A stretch of 64,000 nt of DNA from a virus (IMGVR_UViG_2974778117_000001:1-64000); one strand, 5' to 3'. Shown: positions 5,432-17,588, numbered from the stretch's first letter. A program made the numbers and translations. Notes: generated from the sequence alone by a model not told the origin.

Positions 5432-5440
5432 CTTTATTAT
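5412..5440 (+). promoter_or_regulatory. sigma70-like promoter overlapping the ncRNA 3' strand
   Basis: TTGCAA-17 bp-TATTAT. Confidence 0.65.
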
Positions 5441-5471
5441 GTAACCACCACAGTGAGGAGAAACCTAAATC

Positions 5472-5840
5472 ATGAGTCACAATCCCCAAGCCCCGACTGC
5501 CTTCAGCGCCCCGACCCAGGTCATTGGCGCTGACATCCATGTGATCTTGCCGCCCTACCTGATGCCGCTGAGCGAAGGTCCCGGCTACTACTTCAACGTG
5601 GACGATGAACAGCTGTACAGTCTGAAGTCGGGCAAGCTCCGCAAGATGAAGTACCAGCAGGCGAACTATACCTACAACCGACCGGCTGGCTGGTTCATCA
5701 GCGTGAAGGGTAAGCGTATCCACATCGGTCCCAAGAAGCTGAAGACCCGTGCAACCGCGTTCCGTCTGGAACGTCGTGCCGGCAATGTTCCGCTGCAGCA
5801 GGTCGAGTACGACGTCAACCACAACAAGAAGGTGCGTTAA
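5472..5840 (+). CDS. Basic hypothetical protein
   Basis: GAGGAG RBS; ORF track. Confidence 0.75.
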   Translation: MSHNPQAPTAFSAPTQVIGADIHVILPPYLMPLSEGPGYYFNVDDEQLYSLKSGKLRKMKYQQANYTYNRPAGWFISVKGKRIHIGPKKLKTRATAFRLERRAGNVPLQQVEYDVNHNKKVR

Positions 5841-5954
5841 TATGGGCATCATCAACTACATCCTGTCCAAGTTCGAGCGTCTGTGCGTGTTCGCGGGTTC
5901 GGAAGAATACCGCCGAAAGATGAAGCGATTGGGCTGGTAACCAAGGAGAAACGA

Positions 5955-7130
5955 ATGAGCGGCAACCTTTTCAGCGGCACTGACCGCATCCCGAATGACG
6001 ATATGATGGAGCTGCGACGCACCATCAACGATGCCTTCGGCGGTCGAGCGGTCATCCCTCCGAAGCTCGGTGACAAGGTGGACCACGGTGACGTGGACAT
6101 CTACTGGGACGGCGCAGACATCACGATCGCATCGGACCTGATCAACTTCTTCAAGGCTGAAGAATACGCGACCGATGGCAAGATCATCAAGGATGGTCTG
6201 AAGCGTTACATGAAGACCACCACGGTTCCGGACGAGTACGGCTGGGATCAGGAGATCATGTCGTTCCAGCCCCCGTCCAACCTGAGCATGAAGGTCAAGT
6301 GGGTGAACGGCTTGACCCACCAGATCGACCTGGTTCGACTGGACCCGGGCAAGTTCTTCTTCGGCACAGCCTACTACAGCTACAACGATGCCTGCATGCT
6401 GGTTGGTATGCTTGCACATCGCCTGGGCGTGAAGTTCGGTCATGACGGTTTGTGGTATGTCCTCCGTGATGGCGATCATGAGCTGGGACAGTACTGCTTG
6501 ACGGATGGTCCGATCAAGGCTCTGACCTATCTCGGCTTCGATGCTGAGAAGTTCAAGGAAGGCTTCGCCACCCGCGAAGAGATGTTCGACTGGGTCATCA
6601 ACAGCAAGTACTTCCATCCGAACGCGTTCAATCCGGACAACCGCAATCATCGCCAGCGTGCCCGTGATGCGAAGCGTGCGATCTATGGTGAGTTCACCGC
6701 TCGTGTGAACAAGCCGCCGACCGTCATGCAGAAGATCATCAACAAGCTGGTCCAGTTCAAGCTGGCAAAGAACATGCTGGTCAAGTTTGGTCTGCACCGT
6801 GAGCTGATCGAGACCACGAAGGAAGGCAACTACCAGCGTATGCTGCAGTCCTTCCCGGGCGTGGAAGAGTGGATCAAGACCAAGAAGGAACAGAACGAGA
6901 TCCGGAAGGCATTCAAGGAGGCATTCGGTGCTGACGCATACCGCAAACAGTTCCCGGACCTGTCGGAGAATGGCGATCTGCTCCAGAAGGTGATGCAGGC
7001 GAACAGCGAGAACTTCAAGGAGTTCAACATCTACGAGAAGGCGACACTGCTGGTTGAGCTGCGTTCTGGCTTGGCTAATGAAGACGCCTACCAGATTCGC
7101 GAGAAAATCTACCGTCGAGTAGTCGGATGA
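5955..7130 (+). CDS. Putative Pol-beta-superfamily nucleotidyltransferase
   Basis: HGDVDI and QIDLV acidic triad; AAGGAG RBS. Confidence 0.65.
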   Translation: MSGNLFSGTDRIPNDDMMELRRTINDAFGGRAVIPPKLGDKVDHGDVDIYWDGADITIASDLINFFKAEEYATDGKIIKDGLKRYMKTTTVPDEYGWDQEIMSFQPPSNLSMKVKWVNGLTHQIDLVRLDPGKFFFGTAYYSYNDACMLVGMLAHRLGVKFGHDGLWYVLRDGDHELGQYCLTDGPIKALTYLGFDAEKFKEGFATREEMFDWVINSKYFHPNAFNPDNRNHRQRARDAKRAIYGEFTARVNKPPTVMQKIINKLVQFKLAKNMLVKFGLHRELIETTKEGNYQRMLQSFPGVEEWIKTKKEQNEIRKAFKEAFGADAYRKQFPDLSENGDLLQKVMQANSENFKEFNIYEKATLLVELRSGLANEDAYQIREKIYRRVVG

Positions 7131-7534
7131 ACATCACTCAGAAGAACGTCCTGATCATTGACATCGATCATGGGGATAGCTCACACGCTATCCCCATTGA
7201 TGCCTACTGGGAAACCACTCCACAGGTCTTGGAAGATATGCTGGACACCAGCATCAAGATCTACTGGAACTGGCTGCGTGATTACTACTATCCGAAGGTA
7301 GAAGAGCTGATCATGAACCGCGAGCTGGACGGCGGTGCAGCCTGGGCTGAAATTCGGGACTTGCACGAAGAACAGCTTGCGGTTAAAATCAATGGCGTGA
7401 TGTACAAAGGCTTGCTGAAGGAGTTGACACAGGACATTCCCGGATTCGGCTATCGGAACGATCCGAGGCAGTTCCAGAAGACCTGCTACAACGTCCTGAC
7501 ACTGCAAGAGTGGATTGATTGCTCCCTGCCATAA
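7127..7534 (+). CDS. Hypothetical protein
   Basis: ATGA overlap; ORF track. Confidence 0.7.
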   Translation: MNITQKNVLIIDIDHGDSSHAIPIDAYWETTPQVLEDMLDTSIKIYWNWLRDYYYPKVEELIMNRELDGGAAWAEIRDLHEEQLAVKINGVMYKGLLKELTQDIPGFGYRNDPRQFQKTCYNVLTLQEWIDCSLP

Positions 7535-7721
7535 GGAGGTTTGAGATGGAACCGTTTGAAGAGTATGCCGTGATCGATGACTACGGCGATGATTGGGAAG
7601 AAGGTCCGATTGCCTTCAGCGGCGACACCTTCGAGCAGTGTGCGGAGTGGGCTGAGAGTGAGAACTACCACTCGGCAAGCATCGTCGGCATCCTGGAGAA
7701 TGGTCGTCGAGTCAAGATCGT

Positions 7722-8264
7722 ATGAGTGAGATCTTCTTCTGTAGCGATCACCACTTCACTCACCGCAACCTGATGAAGTGGTATCCGGACCGCAACAAGT
7801 ACGACACTCCGGAAGAGATGGATGAAGCGATCATCGAACGACACAATGCCGTGGTCGGCAAGCGTGACGTCGTGTATCTGCTGGGTGACTTCGGCTTTGG
7901 TAGCAAGGACAGCATTGCGAAGATCGCATGGCGTCTGAACGGTCAGAAGCACTTCCTCAGCGGAAACCATGACAAGGGCCTTCTGAATCACGACAAGTTC
8001 CGTCGCGCATTCAGCTCGATCCTGCCGCCGCTCCACATGATCAGCATTGAAGGGCAGAAGATCGTCCTGTGCCACTTCCCGATTTGGGAATGGGAAGGCA
8101 TCCATCATGGTGTGTGGCACCTGCATGGGCACCTCCACGGATCGAAGTGTGATGTTCCTGGAAAAATTCTCGATGTAGGTATTGACACCAACGAGCTAAG
8201 GCCTTATCATATGGATACGGTCAAAGCACACATGGATGCCAGACCGATTCGTAACCACCACTGA
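7722..8264 (+). CDS. Calcineurin-like metallophosphoesterase
   Basis: SDHH, LGDF, GNHD and HGHLH motifs. Confidence 0.9.
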   Translation: MSEIFFCSDHHFTHRNLMKWYPDRNKYDTPEEMDEAIIERHNAVVGKRDVVYLLGDFGFGSKDSIAKIAWRLNGQKHFLSGNHDKGLLNHDKFRRAFSSILPPLHMISIEGQKIVLCHFPIWEWEGIHHGVWHLHGHLHGSKCDVPGKILDVGIDTNELRPYHMDTVKAHMDARPIRNHH

Positions 8265-8829
8265 GGAGTTCATCATGCAGCTTACCCTGAACGGAACGCA
8301 GATCGCGCTGATGGCGGCATTGGTCGCTCGCGTGTGTCGTCATGAAGCCCACAAGCTCGAGACGACCACGATGTTCGACCTGACCCGCGATCTGGTCGAT
8401 CTGTCGAATGGCATTTTCGGCGAAGACCTGTTCGCAGCTGAGATCAAGGATCTCGGTCCCTATGGTAAGAGACCCGCACGGTCATCTTCACCTTCCAGGA
8501 CGGCGAGAAGATCTTCATCGAGTGCTGCCCGCAGCCGGAATTCGTTCCGAGCGGTGACATCGGTCCGGACAGTCCGCAGGGTGGCGGTTCGGGTTTCACT
8601 GAGCCGACTCGTCTGGCAGCCTGATGGCCAAGTTCAAGAAGCCCAAGTACACCGTTGAGTGTAGGCGACTTGAAAGCGTGCTCCAGTTCGTCCGCGAATG
8701 GTCGAGCTGGAGCGATTGCCAAACCCTGGAAGAAGCCGAGCAAGACCTCAACCTAGCCCTTGAGATCGGCGAGAAGTGGAACTACACCGGCTGGGAATAT
8801 CGTATCCGCAAACTGTGAGGAGAAAAGAC

Positions 8830-9096
8830 ATGAGCACCAACACCACCAAGACCGACAACACCACCGGCTACGTCGGCAAGCGGATCAGCACCAAGCAGTA
8901 CAAGCAGTGGCTGGCGCGTGCGTCCATCAGCGGCGCCACCAACCCGCCGGAGAAGACCGCTCCGGGTGAGCGTCACGGCATCCGCTTTGCGATTCAGGAC
9001 CTGGTGATCGGCAAGCCGCTGCAGTTCGTTCCGAAGTCGGCGGCGAAGGTCGTGACCGAGGCGGACAAGATCACCGCCGCTGTCAAGGGCAAGTAA
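8830..9096 (+). CDS. Small basic hypothetical protein
   Basis: GAGGAG RBS; hairpin plus T-run downstream. Confidence 0.65.
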   Translation: MSTNTTKTDNTTGYVGKRISTKQYKQWLARASISGATNPPEKTAPGERHGIRFAIQDLVIGKPLQFVPKSAAKVVTEADKITAAVKGK

Positions 9097-9136
9097 TCAT
9101 CCCGGGCGCTTCGGGCGCTTTCTTTGAGGGTACATC

Positions 9137-10017
9137 ATGAAGGCATTCATCACTGTCGGAGTCTCCTGCTCTGGCAAGACTACCTGGGCTGAAGCGCGTA
9201 AGCGTGAGTTCGGTGACACGATCATCTGTCGTGATAACATCCGCTGGGCGATCATGGAACAGCGTGGCCTGGTCCCGTGCTGGGCCAACTGGAAGTGGAA
9301 GGATGAGAAGCTCGTCACGCAGCAGCAGAACTATGAGATCGAGGCTGCGGCTGCTGTCGGACTGAACATCGTAATCGCCGACACGAACCTGAACGCTAGT
9401 CGCCGTGCCGCGCTGCGTGAGAAGCTGGAGTCCCTGGGCTACAACGTCCAGTTCAAGATCTTCGATGACATCACCCTGGATGAAGCATTGCGTCGTGACG
9501 CAGCTCGTCTGAACGGTGTCGGCGCGCACATCATCCACAAGCAGTGGGTGGACTTCAACGAGCAGTTCGGTCTGGATCGCTATGAGCCGGTTCCGGGTGC
9601 TAGCGCGTGCGTCATCGTGGACATTGACGGCACCGTGGCGATCATGCGTGACCGTTCGGCATACGATTGGAGCCGCGTTGGTGAGGATGATCGGAACACC
9701 CTGGCTTGCCTGGCAGTGAAGGCGTATCATCAGGCTGGCATCCGCGTGGTGTTCGTCTCCGGTCGTGACGCAGTCTGTGAACCGCAGACCCGTCGCTGGC
9801 TGAGAGATACGTTCGGCGACATGCCGTTCTTCCTGTTCATGCGTGGTATCGGTGATCAGCGCAAGGACACGATCATCAAGCGTGAGATCTTCGACCTGCA
9901 CATCCGCGACAACTACACGTCCTGGGCGTGCTGGATGATCGCCCCAGTGTCGCTCGTATGTGGCGTGACCTGGGCCTGAACGTTATCCAGTTCGGCAATC
10001 CTTACGTGGAATTCTGA
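9137..10017 (+). CDS. pseT: Polynucleotide 5'-kinase/3'-phosphatase (T4 PseT-like); apparent 1-nt deletion near 9917
   Basis: P-loop GVSCSGKTT, RD motif, DIDGT HAD motif, SGR; DDR motif and C-terminus recovered in the shifted frame. Confidence 0.92.
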
Positions 10018-10055
10018 GAAAGGGCCTTGCGCCCTTTCTCTTTTGCGTATACAAT
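10016..10055 (+). promoter_or_regulatory. Fused terminator/promoter cassette, type A copy 1
   Basis: 10-bp stem plus TTTT; -35 TTGCGC starts in the loop, then 17 bp, then TACAAT. Confidence 0.75.
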
Positions 10056-10811
10056 CGTACTACGTTCACACAGGAGTCAACCGATGAAGTACACCGCCGC
10101 TGACCTGATCGAGATGTTCCCGGGATGTACCGACCGCCCCCGAAGCGATTGATTCGCTGGAGATGTTGTTCAGTACTCTGGAATACGTCCAGATCGATGA
10201 GCGCATGCTCCACTTCCTGATGTTGGATCTGTCCAACGCATGGAAGCAGGCAGCCGAGTCTGGTTACAAGCGCGGCTACATTGACGGTCAGCTCCAGGCG
10301 TGGCGCGAAGCTCGCGATACCATCAAGCGCACTGAAGTGGATGTCGTCGAGGTTGAAGTCTTCTATCAGGGAGGGAAGGTATGAGCAAGGTCTGGGAAAA
10401 GCGCGACGTCGTGCATGGACCGTCCATGGTGGTCGGCTGGGCGCTTGCGTTCCTGGTGATCAATGTGGTGCTGTGGTCGAAGGACTACTTCAAGCCGCCG
10501 CTGGTTCCCGCACGTAGCGTGTTGGTTGAACAGAAGGCGGAGTGTGAGAAAGACATCCCGCGTAGCCAGGTATGCACGGCGCGGGTCTACTGGGAAGTAT
10601 CCGACAAGAAGGAGACTGAATGACATCGACTCTGTTCAATCGCATCGCTGGAGTCTTCACTCTGGCATGTCTGGTGGTCGCGTTGGGCGCTGCGATCATC
10701 GGTAACGTGGTAATGCTCGCTGTATTCTCGGTCATCACAGCTCTCTCCTTCATTGTGTGGGTTCTGTCGTATTTGATTCGCCTGATTGACGAGACGATTG
10801 TACGTCAGATC

Positions 10812-10840
10812 TTGCGTTAACAGGCATTTTCGTTTATAAT
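10812..10840 (+). promoter_or_regulatory. sigma70-like promoter
   Basis: TTGCGT-17 bp-TATAAT. Confidence 0.7.
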
Positions 10841-10869
10841 TGTGTTTCGTCTTTGAAGGAGAAATGATC

Positions 10870-11858
10870 ATGGCTCACGAAATCACCTTGCGTGCTGATG
10901 GCACTGCAGAGATGGCATTCACCGGACCGCGGGACGCGATCTGGCATGGACTCGGTAACAACCTGGACGAGAACGCTAGCTTGGAAGTCTGGCGTCAACA
11001 GGCAGGGATGGACTGGTCGGTGAAGGAGTCGCCGCTTCTGTATCGTGGGCAGAACGAGGACGGTGAGGAAATGAGTCTATCGTTCCCGGAACGCAAAGTC
11101 CTGTTCCGCTCGGACAACAAGGAACCGCTGGGCATCGTAGGCGACGACTTCAAGATCGTGCAGCCAGAGATGGTCATTGAGTTCTTCCGTGATCTGGTCG
11201 AGAACCACGGCATGAAGCTCAGCACCGCTGGTACGCTGTATGGCGGACGCCGCTTCTGGGCTCTGGCTGACACCGGCAATAGCGGTGAAGTGACGAGTGG
11301 TGATCGTGTTGACGGTCATCTTCTGTTGACCACCGCGGTCGATGGAACGATGTCCACGCAGGCGCGCTTCACCAGCACCCGAGTGGTGTGCAACAACACG
11401 CTGACCGTGGCTCTGCAGGGCTCGAGCAATCGCCCGATCATCCGAGTCACCCACAAGCGCGAGTTTGACCCGACTGCCGTCAAGATGGATCTGGGGATTC
11501 TGGATCGCGGTTGGCACGAATACATGCAGTCGATGAAACGCCTCGCCGACAGGAAGATGGACGCACGTAGCACGCGTGAGTTCTTTGAACGACAACTGTT
11601 CGATCCGGCACGTGATGCAGCATCGCAGACCTGGGGCACGATCCGAGAAGTGACCCGTCTGACCGATCTGGCTCTGGGTGGCTCCGGTTCGGATATGTCC
11701 CGTGGCACGGCATGGGGTGCATTGTGCGCGGTGACCGAACATTACACGCACGGTACTGGCAAGCGTGACCCGAGCCATCAGTTCTGGGACGCATACGCAG
11801 GCGGCGCCGATTCCAAGAAGCAGCAGCTTCGCAACGCTCTGGTACGGGAGTTGCATAA
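10870..11858 (+). CDS. DUF932 (phage/plasmid TIGR03299-like) protein
   Basis: MAHEI..WHGLG..AGMDW..TAGTLYGGR..RVVCNNTL..TAWG signature; true stop probably near 11856 (indel). Confidence 0.85.
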
Positions 11859-13183
11859 TGAGCCTGGAACGTTACAAGGCAATGCGCGACAAGGTCGGCG
11901 AGCTCTTGAACGAACTGGACTCTCTGATTGCGAACAACACTCAGTGGCAAGTGATCGACAGCCACGTGAATCGATCAAAGCGCGTGCCAAGAAGGAAAAC
12001 CTGAAGATGCGCCGTGGCGCCAAAGCGAACGGTAAGATCTACTTCTCGCAGGGGCGATGCAGTCCAGCCTCTCGAGCATTGGGATACATCCCGTGTAATG
12101 GCTTTACTCTGGTCACCTGTTCTGGCATTCCGATCTGGAAGCTGTTACAGATGAGGATTCCGGTAGAGTTTCTGGAAGAGATCAAGTCTAGTCAGAAGAT
12201 CTTCAGTTACGACAGTGTCAACTTCACCATCATGAGGCCTGGCAAATGAACAATCTTCTCGCATACCCACTGACCCTCTCGAAGCGCGAATGCGTGGACG
12301 AGATTCTCGAAGGCAACGACCAGGACAAGATCGATCTGATCTGTCAGTGGTACGACTACGAGAAGAACCACATGAACCGTCACAAGTGCTGGCATCACCT
12401 GATGCTACGTGACGGTACGGAGGTGGACGGTACCTACTACCCGAACGCAGACAGCTGGACCCGGATGACCGGCAACGGACCCGACCGACTGAAAGACTCG
12501 CAGATCGGAGCCGTGAAGATCAGCCGCAAACAATGGGACTTCGACTGATGGCCAGATACAATCCTTTGCTATCCGAGCAAGTGTTTGCCGTGATGCAACG
12601 ATCTCCGAAGCCACTGATGACGGCGGCAACCATCAAGAAGCTCCTTGGTGACGCCTTCTCAGTCGGATCGGTGACACAGGCTCTACACGTTCTCCGCTGT
12701 GATGGACGCGTTCAGTCTTTCTCCACCAAGCCTTTCATGTACAAGATCAAGGAGACGCCATGAAGAAGCAAGAATTCACCTGGGACAATCGTCTCACTGA
12801 GATGCTCAACGAACTGAAGAAGTCCGAGAAGGGCACCGAAGACCAGTCGGTCAAGTTCGTGACATCATCGCATATCTCAACAAGCGTAATAAGGAGGAGC
12901 CGCGTGGCTAACATCAAATCCATCACCAAACAGCTGGAAGATCTGACCGACGTTATCAAGAGCAAGAAGAATTTCCGGGTCATGCCGTTCCCGCTGATCA
13001 CCGCATGTATCCTGACAGTGCTGAAGTCGCTGGAGCTGATCACCCTGAGCTGGTGGATCATCGGACTGATCGCAGTGTTCCCTCTGGCTCTGGTGGTCTC
13101 GGTTCTGATCGTTCTGGGCACGCTGGCAGGCATCGGCATTCTGGGCGTTCTCGCATACGACTTCTTCAAGGGGAGGTTCTGAC

Positions 13184-13879
13184 ATGGCAATCCATCACTA
13201 CTCGGACGAACTGCTGAACCTGATCATCAAGACCGCGCAGGCAGGTGGCCCACTGTTCTATGTGGACCCTTACGGTGACGTCGAGGAGTTCTACTACGAT
13301 ACCGTAAAGGAAGTTCTTGAGCATATCATCAATGAAGGTTCCATGTTGCAGCTCGACAACTTCCGGCTGTATATGCTCGACCTGGATTCGATGGAAAGCG
13401 ACAGTGCCGAGCCGGAAGAGGAACCCAAGGAAACCCAGATCCGTGTGCGTGCAGACTACGAAAACGGACAGATCATCATCGAGGCGCTGGGCAAGGACGT
13501 GAAGATCTGTCCGAAGCTCCTTGACAATGAGAAGTTGCCGGTCAAAGAGAAGGGCGATCTCGATCCCGACAACTCGGTTTTCATGACTCTGAATGATGTC
13601 AAGAGCTGGTTGAAGAAGAACGGTAGCCGAACCGTTCGCGGTCAGTTCCGGAATGGTCGCTATCAATTCCGCAGCCCGAGCAGCGAAGGCAACTGCGTGG
13701 TGCTCTACTTTGAAGACACCTACGGCAACTTCTGGGCGTCGACTGGAAGCATCTTCAACAAGCGTACAGGCGGTGCAATCACAACGTTCAAGCCGACTGC
13801 GATCCCGAGAGGTGAGAACAAGTTCAAGGTGAATGACATCACCTTCAAGGCAGTTGTAACCCCGAAAGATCTGAAATAA
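13184..13879 (+). CDS. Hypothetical protein
   Basis: GGAGG RBS; ORF track. Confidence 0.75.
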   Translation: MAIHHYSDELLNLIIKTAQAGGPLFYVDPYGDVEEFYYDTVKEVLEHIINEGSMLQLDNFRLYMLDLDSMESDSAEPEEEPKETQIRVRADYENGQIIIEALGKDVKICPKLLDNEKLPVKEKGDLDPDNSVFMTLNDVKSWLKKNGSRTVRGQFRNGRYQFRSPSSEGNCVVLYFEDTYGNFWASTGSIFNKRTGGAITTFKPTAIPRGENKFKVNDITFKAVVTPKDLK

Positions 13880-13903
13880 TTTGAAGAAATCGCGGAAAAG
13901 GAC

Positions 13904-13932
13904 TTGACCTACCTTCGGGTAGGTCTTATCAT
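13904..13932 (+). promoter_or_regulatory. Promoter with UUCG hairpin spacer, type B copy 1
   Basis: TTGACC-17 bp-TATCAT; GACCTACC-TTCG-GGTAGGTC. Confidence 0.75.
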
Positions 13933-14171
13933 ATAGGGACATTGAGGAGGAACAATATCATGGTTTGGATCGTAGATGCATCAGAACGACGCGAAGCCGC
14001 CCGCGTGGCATTGGAAGCGTTCGTTGCTGGCTTGGGCTTGTCTGAAGAAGCGGCTCGTGCATATGCGGGCTTGATGGAAGAATATACCGATGCCGTCTAT
14101 GATGACGCTTCTGCATCGGCAACCTACTACGACGGCTATGGTGGCTGTCCGACTTGCGGAGGTGAAGGCTG

Positions 14172-14669
14172 ATGTCGATCTACACACTACTGGATGGCTC
14201 CGTTGAAGGCGCCAATGAACTGGCTGAGGCCTGGAAGCGTTGCATCGCTCGTGATGCCGATCTGCAGATCGGACTGGTGAACGCTCGCCGCGAACAGCAT
14301 AAGCGTCTCAAGAAGATCGCGGATCTGAAGACTTCGTTGTATCAGCTGTACGCCTTCGATTCTGAGATCACGGCACATGCTCGTTCCGTGCTGAAGCAGG
14401 AGCTTTTCCTGCTGAATGCCGAGCGCGTTGAAGGCGAGAATTTCATTCGCCGCTGCAAGGATCGCATCAAGCGTGTCGCCGCTGACCAGATCAAGGTCAC
14501 CGAGCAGATGTTCAGCCTGGCGCGTACCACGCTGGCTTCCACCAACCTCCGCGAAGATCAGATGGTGCGCTACATGAAGCGCGCAGGTGTTGATCTGTAT
14601 CGCGGTTGGTATCACAAGATCACGACTCAGTCGCTGATGAATCACCTGAACGCCACCTACATTCCCTGA
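14172..14669 (+). CDS. Coiled-coil hypothetical protein
   Basis: ORF track. Confidence 0.7.
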   Translation: MSIYTLLDGSVEGANELAEAWKRCIARDADLQIGLVNARREQHKRLKKIADLKTSLYQLYAFDSEITAHARSVLKQELFLLNAERVEGENFIRRCKDRIKRVAADQIKVTEQMFSLARTTLASTNLREDQMVRYMKRAGVDLYRGWYHKITTQSLMNHLNATYIP

Positions 14670-14680
14670 AGGAGAACAAC

Positions 14681-15292
14681 ATGAGCAACGCAAACATCGT
14701 CCTGACCGCCGCTGGCATCGTCACCCGCATCGCCGAGAAGGAAATCAGCAAGGTCCAGTCGAACCTGTTCCAGCTGCGCAAACGCGCCAACGAGGCGAAC
14801 ATCGAAGAGAAGAAGGTCCGCGAAGCCATCAACAAGGCACGTGAGATCGCCTTGACCGCCGGTGTTGACCAGGACGCCCTGGGTGCTTTCGTCGGCAAGC
14901 TGAGCGTTCGTCGCCAGCAGGCAGCCGCCAACGCCAAGAGCCTGGCGAACGAGATCCGGACCCAGCGTACGGTGATCAAGCTGCTGGGCGGCATCATCGC
15001 GGCGAACGCGGAACTGAACCGTGACGTCCGCGAAGAGCAGGCGCGACGCGCCAAGGCAGTCAACGTGGAGCCGGTCAAGGTCATCAACGTCTCGAAGCCG
15101 ATGGACGCCGCAACCAAGGAGTTCGTCGGCGGCTACGACATTCCCGACAGCCTGGCTTGCGATTGTCCGATGTGCCTGGAGAATCGTGAGGAAGAACAGC
15201 CGCAGCCGCTGGAACAGGACGGGATCATCAAGATGCTGGACGCCGTCTTCGGTCAGGGCGCCGGAAAGAGCATCATGGGCCTGGACCGCTAA
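14681..15292 (+). CDS. Coiled-coil hypothetical protein with CxCxxC
   Basis: AAGGAG RBS before ATG 14681. Confidence 0.7.
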   Translation: MSNANIVLTAAGIVTRIAEKEISKVQSNLFQLRKRANEANIEEKKVREAINKAREIALTAGVDQDALGAFVGKLSVRRQQAAANAKSLANEIRTQRTVIKLLGGIIAANAELNRDVREEQARRAKAVNVEPVKVINVSKPMDAATKEFVGGYDIPDSLACDCPMCLENREEEQPQPLEQDGIIKMLDAVFGQGAGKSIMGLDR

Positions 15293-16232
15293 GCCATGAA
15301 GCCCGGATCATTCTCGCCTGTGTCCTGGCTTTGTCGCTGACCGGTTGCATGGGTGGAATGATCCGGGCTGACGTGGAGGTTACGTCGGTCCGGTCTACAT
15401 CCAAACCAGTGTCGAAGCCCCTCTCAACAATGGCTACTACAGCCCCTATTACCAGGAGCCGCCCCGCAATGTCCGCCGTCCTATCCCATACCGACGCCGC
15501 TGAGTTGTTCATCAAGGCCCACAACGTCAAAGATCCGGTCAACCAGATCAAGATCGAGCACATCTTTGGGGCACTGGCGAATGATCGTGATACGCTGAGT
15601 GACCGCAAAGCATCATTCATCACCGATCAGGATACGTTCAAGAAGATGCTTGATGAAGACGGAGACCTCAACTTCCTGCACGACATCAAGAGCGGCTTGT
15701 TCATCTGTGACATGTACGCATGGCATCAATCGGTGATGGGAACGTTCGCCGAAGTAATCCTGGGCGCGGTGAAGGTCTTCCCTGGTCAGCACCTGGCAGA
15801 CAAGTACATCGAGAAGGGGCTCGGCTGGTTCCGATCCAGCTGCAGCTACAACATCACCATCAGCGGCAACATCGCCGCTCCACGCTGGACGGAATTGGAG
15901 TTTGACTATGTCGACTAAGAAACACTTACTGTATTCGTTTGTATCTGCGTTCTGGATCGCTTATACTTTGATTTTCGAGTCGAGGAGAACGGCGTGCAGA
16001 TAGCATTTGGTCCCACTTGTGATTACGAGAAGCTCACCTACTATCCCATCTTGTGGATAGATGAGTTCGCTCGTAATCTTCATGTGGCTTACATGAAGGA
16101 TGGATGTCGTTGCACAGTCCATCTCGACAAGGCACATGCGATCACCATTGACTACAAGGGTCAGTTCGTGTCGTATACCCTGGGCGACGACTACAATCAC
16201 GCAGTAATTGATTGGTACGGATAAGGAGCCAC

Positions 16233-17194
16233 ATGAAGTATAACATCACCGCGAAGGTCATTGCAGATTCGGTCTGCCACGTTCGTAAGACCAAGCGAAT
16301 CACCACCTTGGAACTGGAGTATCCACGCTTCATCCACGCAGAGTTCATGACGCATCGTCTGTTCTCTCGCAACGCAGCATCGAGCCGTGCGATCCCGATT
16401 GCCAAGGCGATCCGCCTGATCATCGAGAACACCGCCATCCCTTATCACTGGGGCAAGAACCAGCCGGGCATGACCGCGAAGGAAGAATGCAACTCGCTCG
16501 TGAATGTCGAGGTCGCAACCGACTGGTATCAGCTGATCAGTCGCGAGCATGCTTGGTATAAGGCACGCGATAATGCAATCGAGATTGCAGAATCCTTCGA
16601 CAGTGCCGGCTACCACAAGCAGATCGTCAACCGCATCCTGGAACCGTTCGCCATGATCAAGGTGGTCGTGACAGCAACGGAGTGGGGCAACTTCTTCAAC
16701 CTGCGTTCGCACCCGGATGCACAGCCTGAGATCAAAATCCTGGCTGACGCGATCATCGACGCATGGCGCTCAGTGATCCGAAGGAGCTTTCCGAGGAAGG
16801 CGATTGGCACGTTCCGTACTATGCCGACGGTTACTGGGTTCCCTACGAGATGGATGCTGCTGGTGATCTGCGAGACATCAACGGTCACACTGCCGAAGAG
16901 GCTCTGGCGATCTCGTCAAGCTGCTGCGCGCAGGTCAGCTATCGCGTTCTAGACGAATCGCTCGAGAAGGCGCTGGACATCTACAACAAGCTCGTCACGT
17001 CCAAGCCGGTCCACGCTTCGCCGTTTGAACACCAGGCTACGCCGATCATGGAATGGGACAGCAGCCCGAACTACTGGGAAGAAGGTGTCACTCACATGGA
17101 TCGCAAGTACAACCTGTGGTCGGGCAACTTCATGGGATGGATTCAGCATCGTCAATTGATTCCGGGGAATTACGCGGAAACCGTTGAAGTCTGA
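16233..17194 (+). CDS. thyX: FAD-dependent thymidylate synthase ThyX (split by an apparent 1-nt deletion near 16764)
   Basis: EFMTHRLFSRNAASSRAIP, HPDAQPEI and CAQVSY...HASPFEHQA motifs across two frames. Confidence 0.9.
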
Positions 17195-17240
17195 GTTCAA
17201 AGCGTATACAATAAGCAGACACACCAACGAGGAGTTTGTT

Positions 17241-17588
17241 ATGAGCGTCAATCTTGACCAGCTGAAGAAGGAACTGGAATCCGCCGACCGTGCTCTGACG
17301 GCGCGCAACGATGCTGTCTCGCTGACGGTAAGTGAATACCTGGACGCCAAGGCCCACCTGAAGCAGATCGAAGAGCGCTTCGTTCGTCTGGTCCAGCATC
17401 GCACGGAAGGTGTCCTGGAATACAACCGCCGAGCAAACAAGATCGCAGATGCTCTGTCCGAGGCGACTGGCTTCCAGGTCAGCGTTCCGACCAAGTACGA
17501 ACCGCAGTCCACGAACATCCTGGATTACATCGACGCGGAAGAGACCTGGAGCGCGAGCGATTCCTGGCAGTCGTCTGCTGTCTGCTGA
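17241..17588 (+). CDS. Hypothetical protein ending WQSSAVC
   Basis: Promoter TTGAAG-17-TACAAT at 17184-17212, GAGGAG RBS. Confidence 0.75.
   Translation: MSVNLDQLKKELESADRALTARNDAVSLTVSEYLDAKAHLKQIEERFVRLVQHRTEGVLEYNRRANKIADALSEATGFQVSVPTKYEPQSTNILDYIDAEETWSASDSWQSSAVC

Noticed and set aside
3497-5855. Long ORFs 3497-4126 (+, N-terminal part) and 4830-5855 (-)
   Set aside because: They run through tRNA genes or antisense to better-supported genes, so they are shadow ORFs.
10840-12249. 469-aa extended DUF932 protein
   Set aside because: A TAATG junction at 11856-60 and a coherent separate ORF (MSLERYK...) indicate two genes merged by indels.
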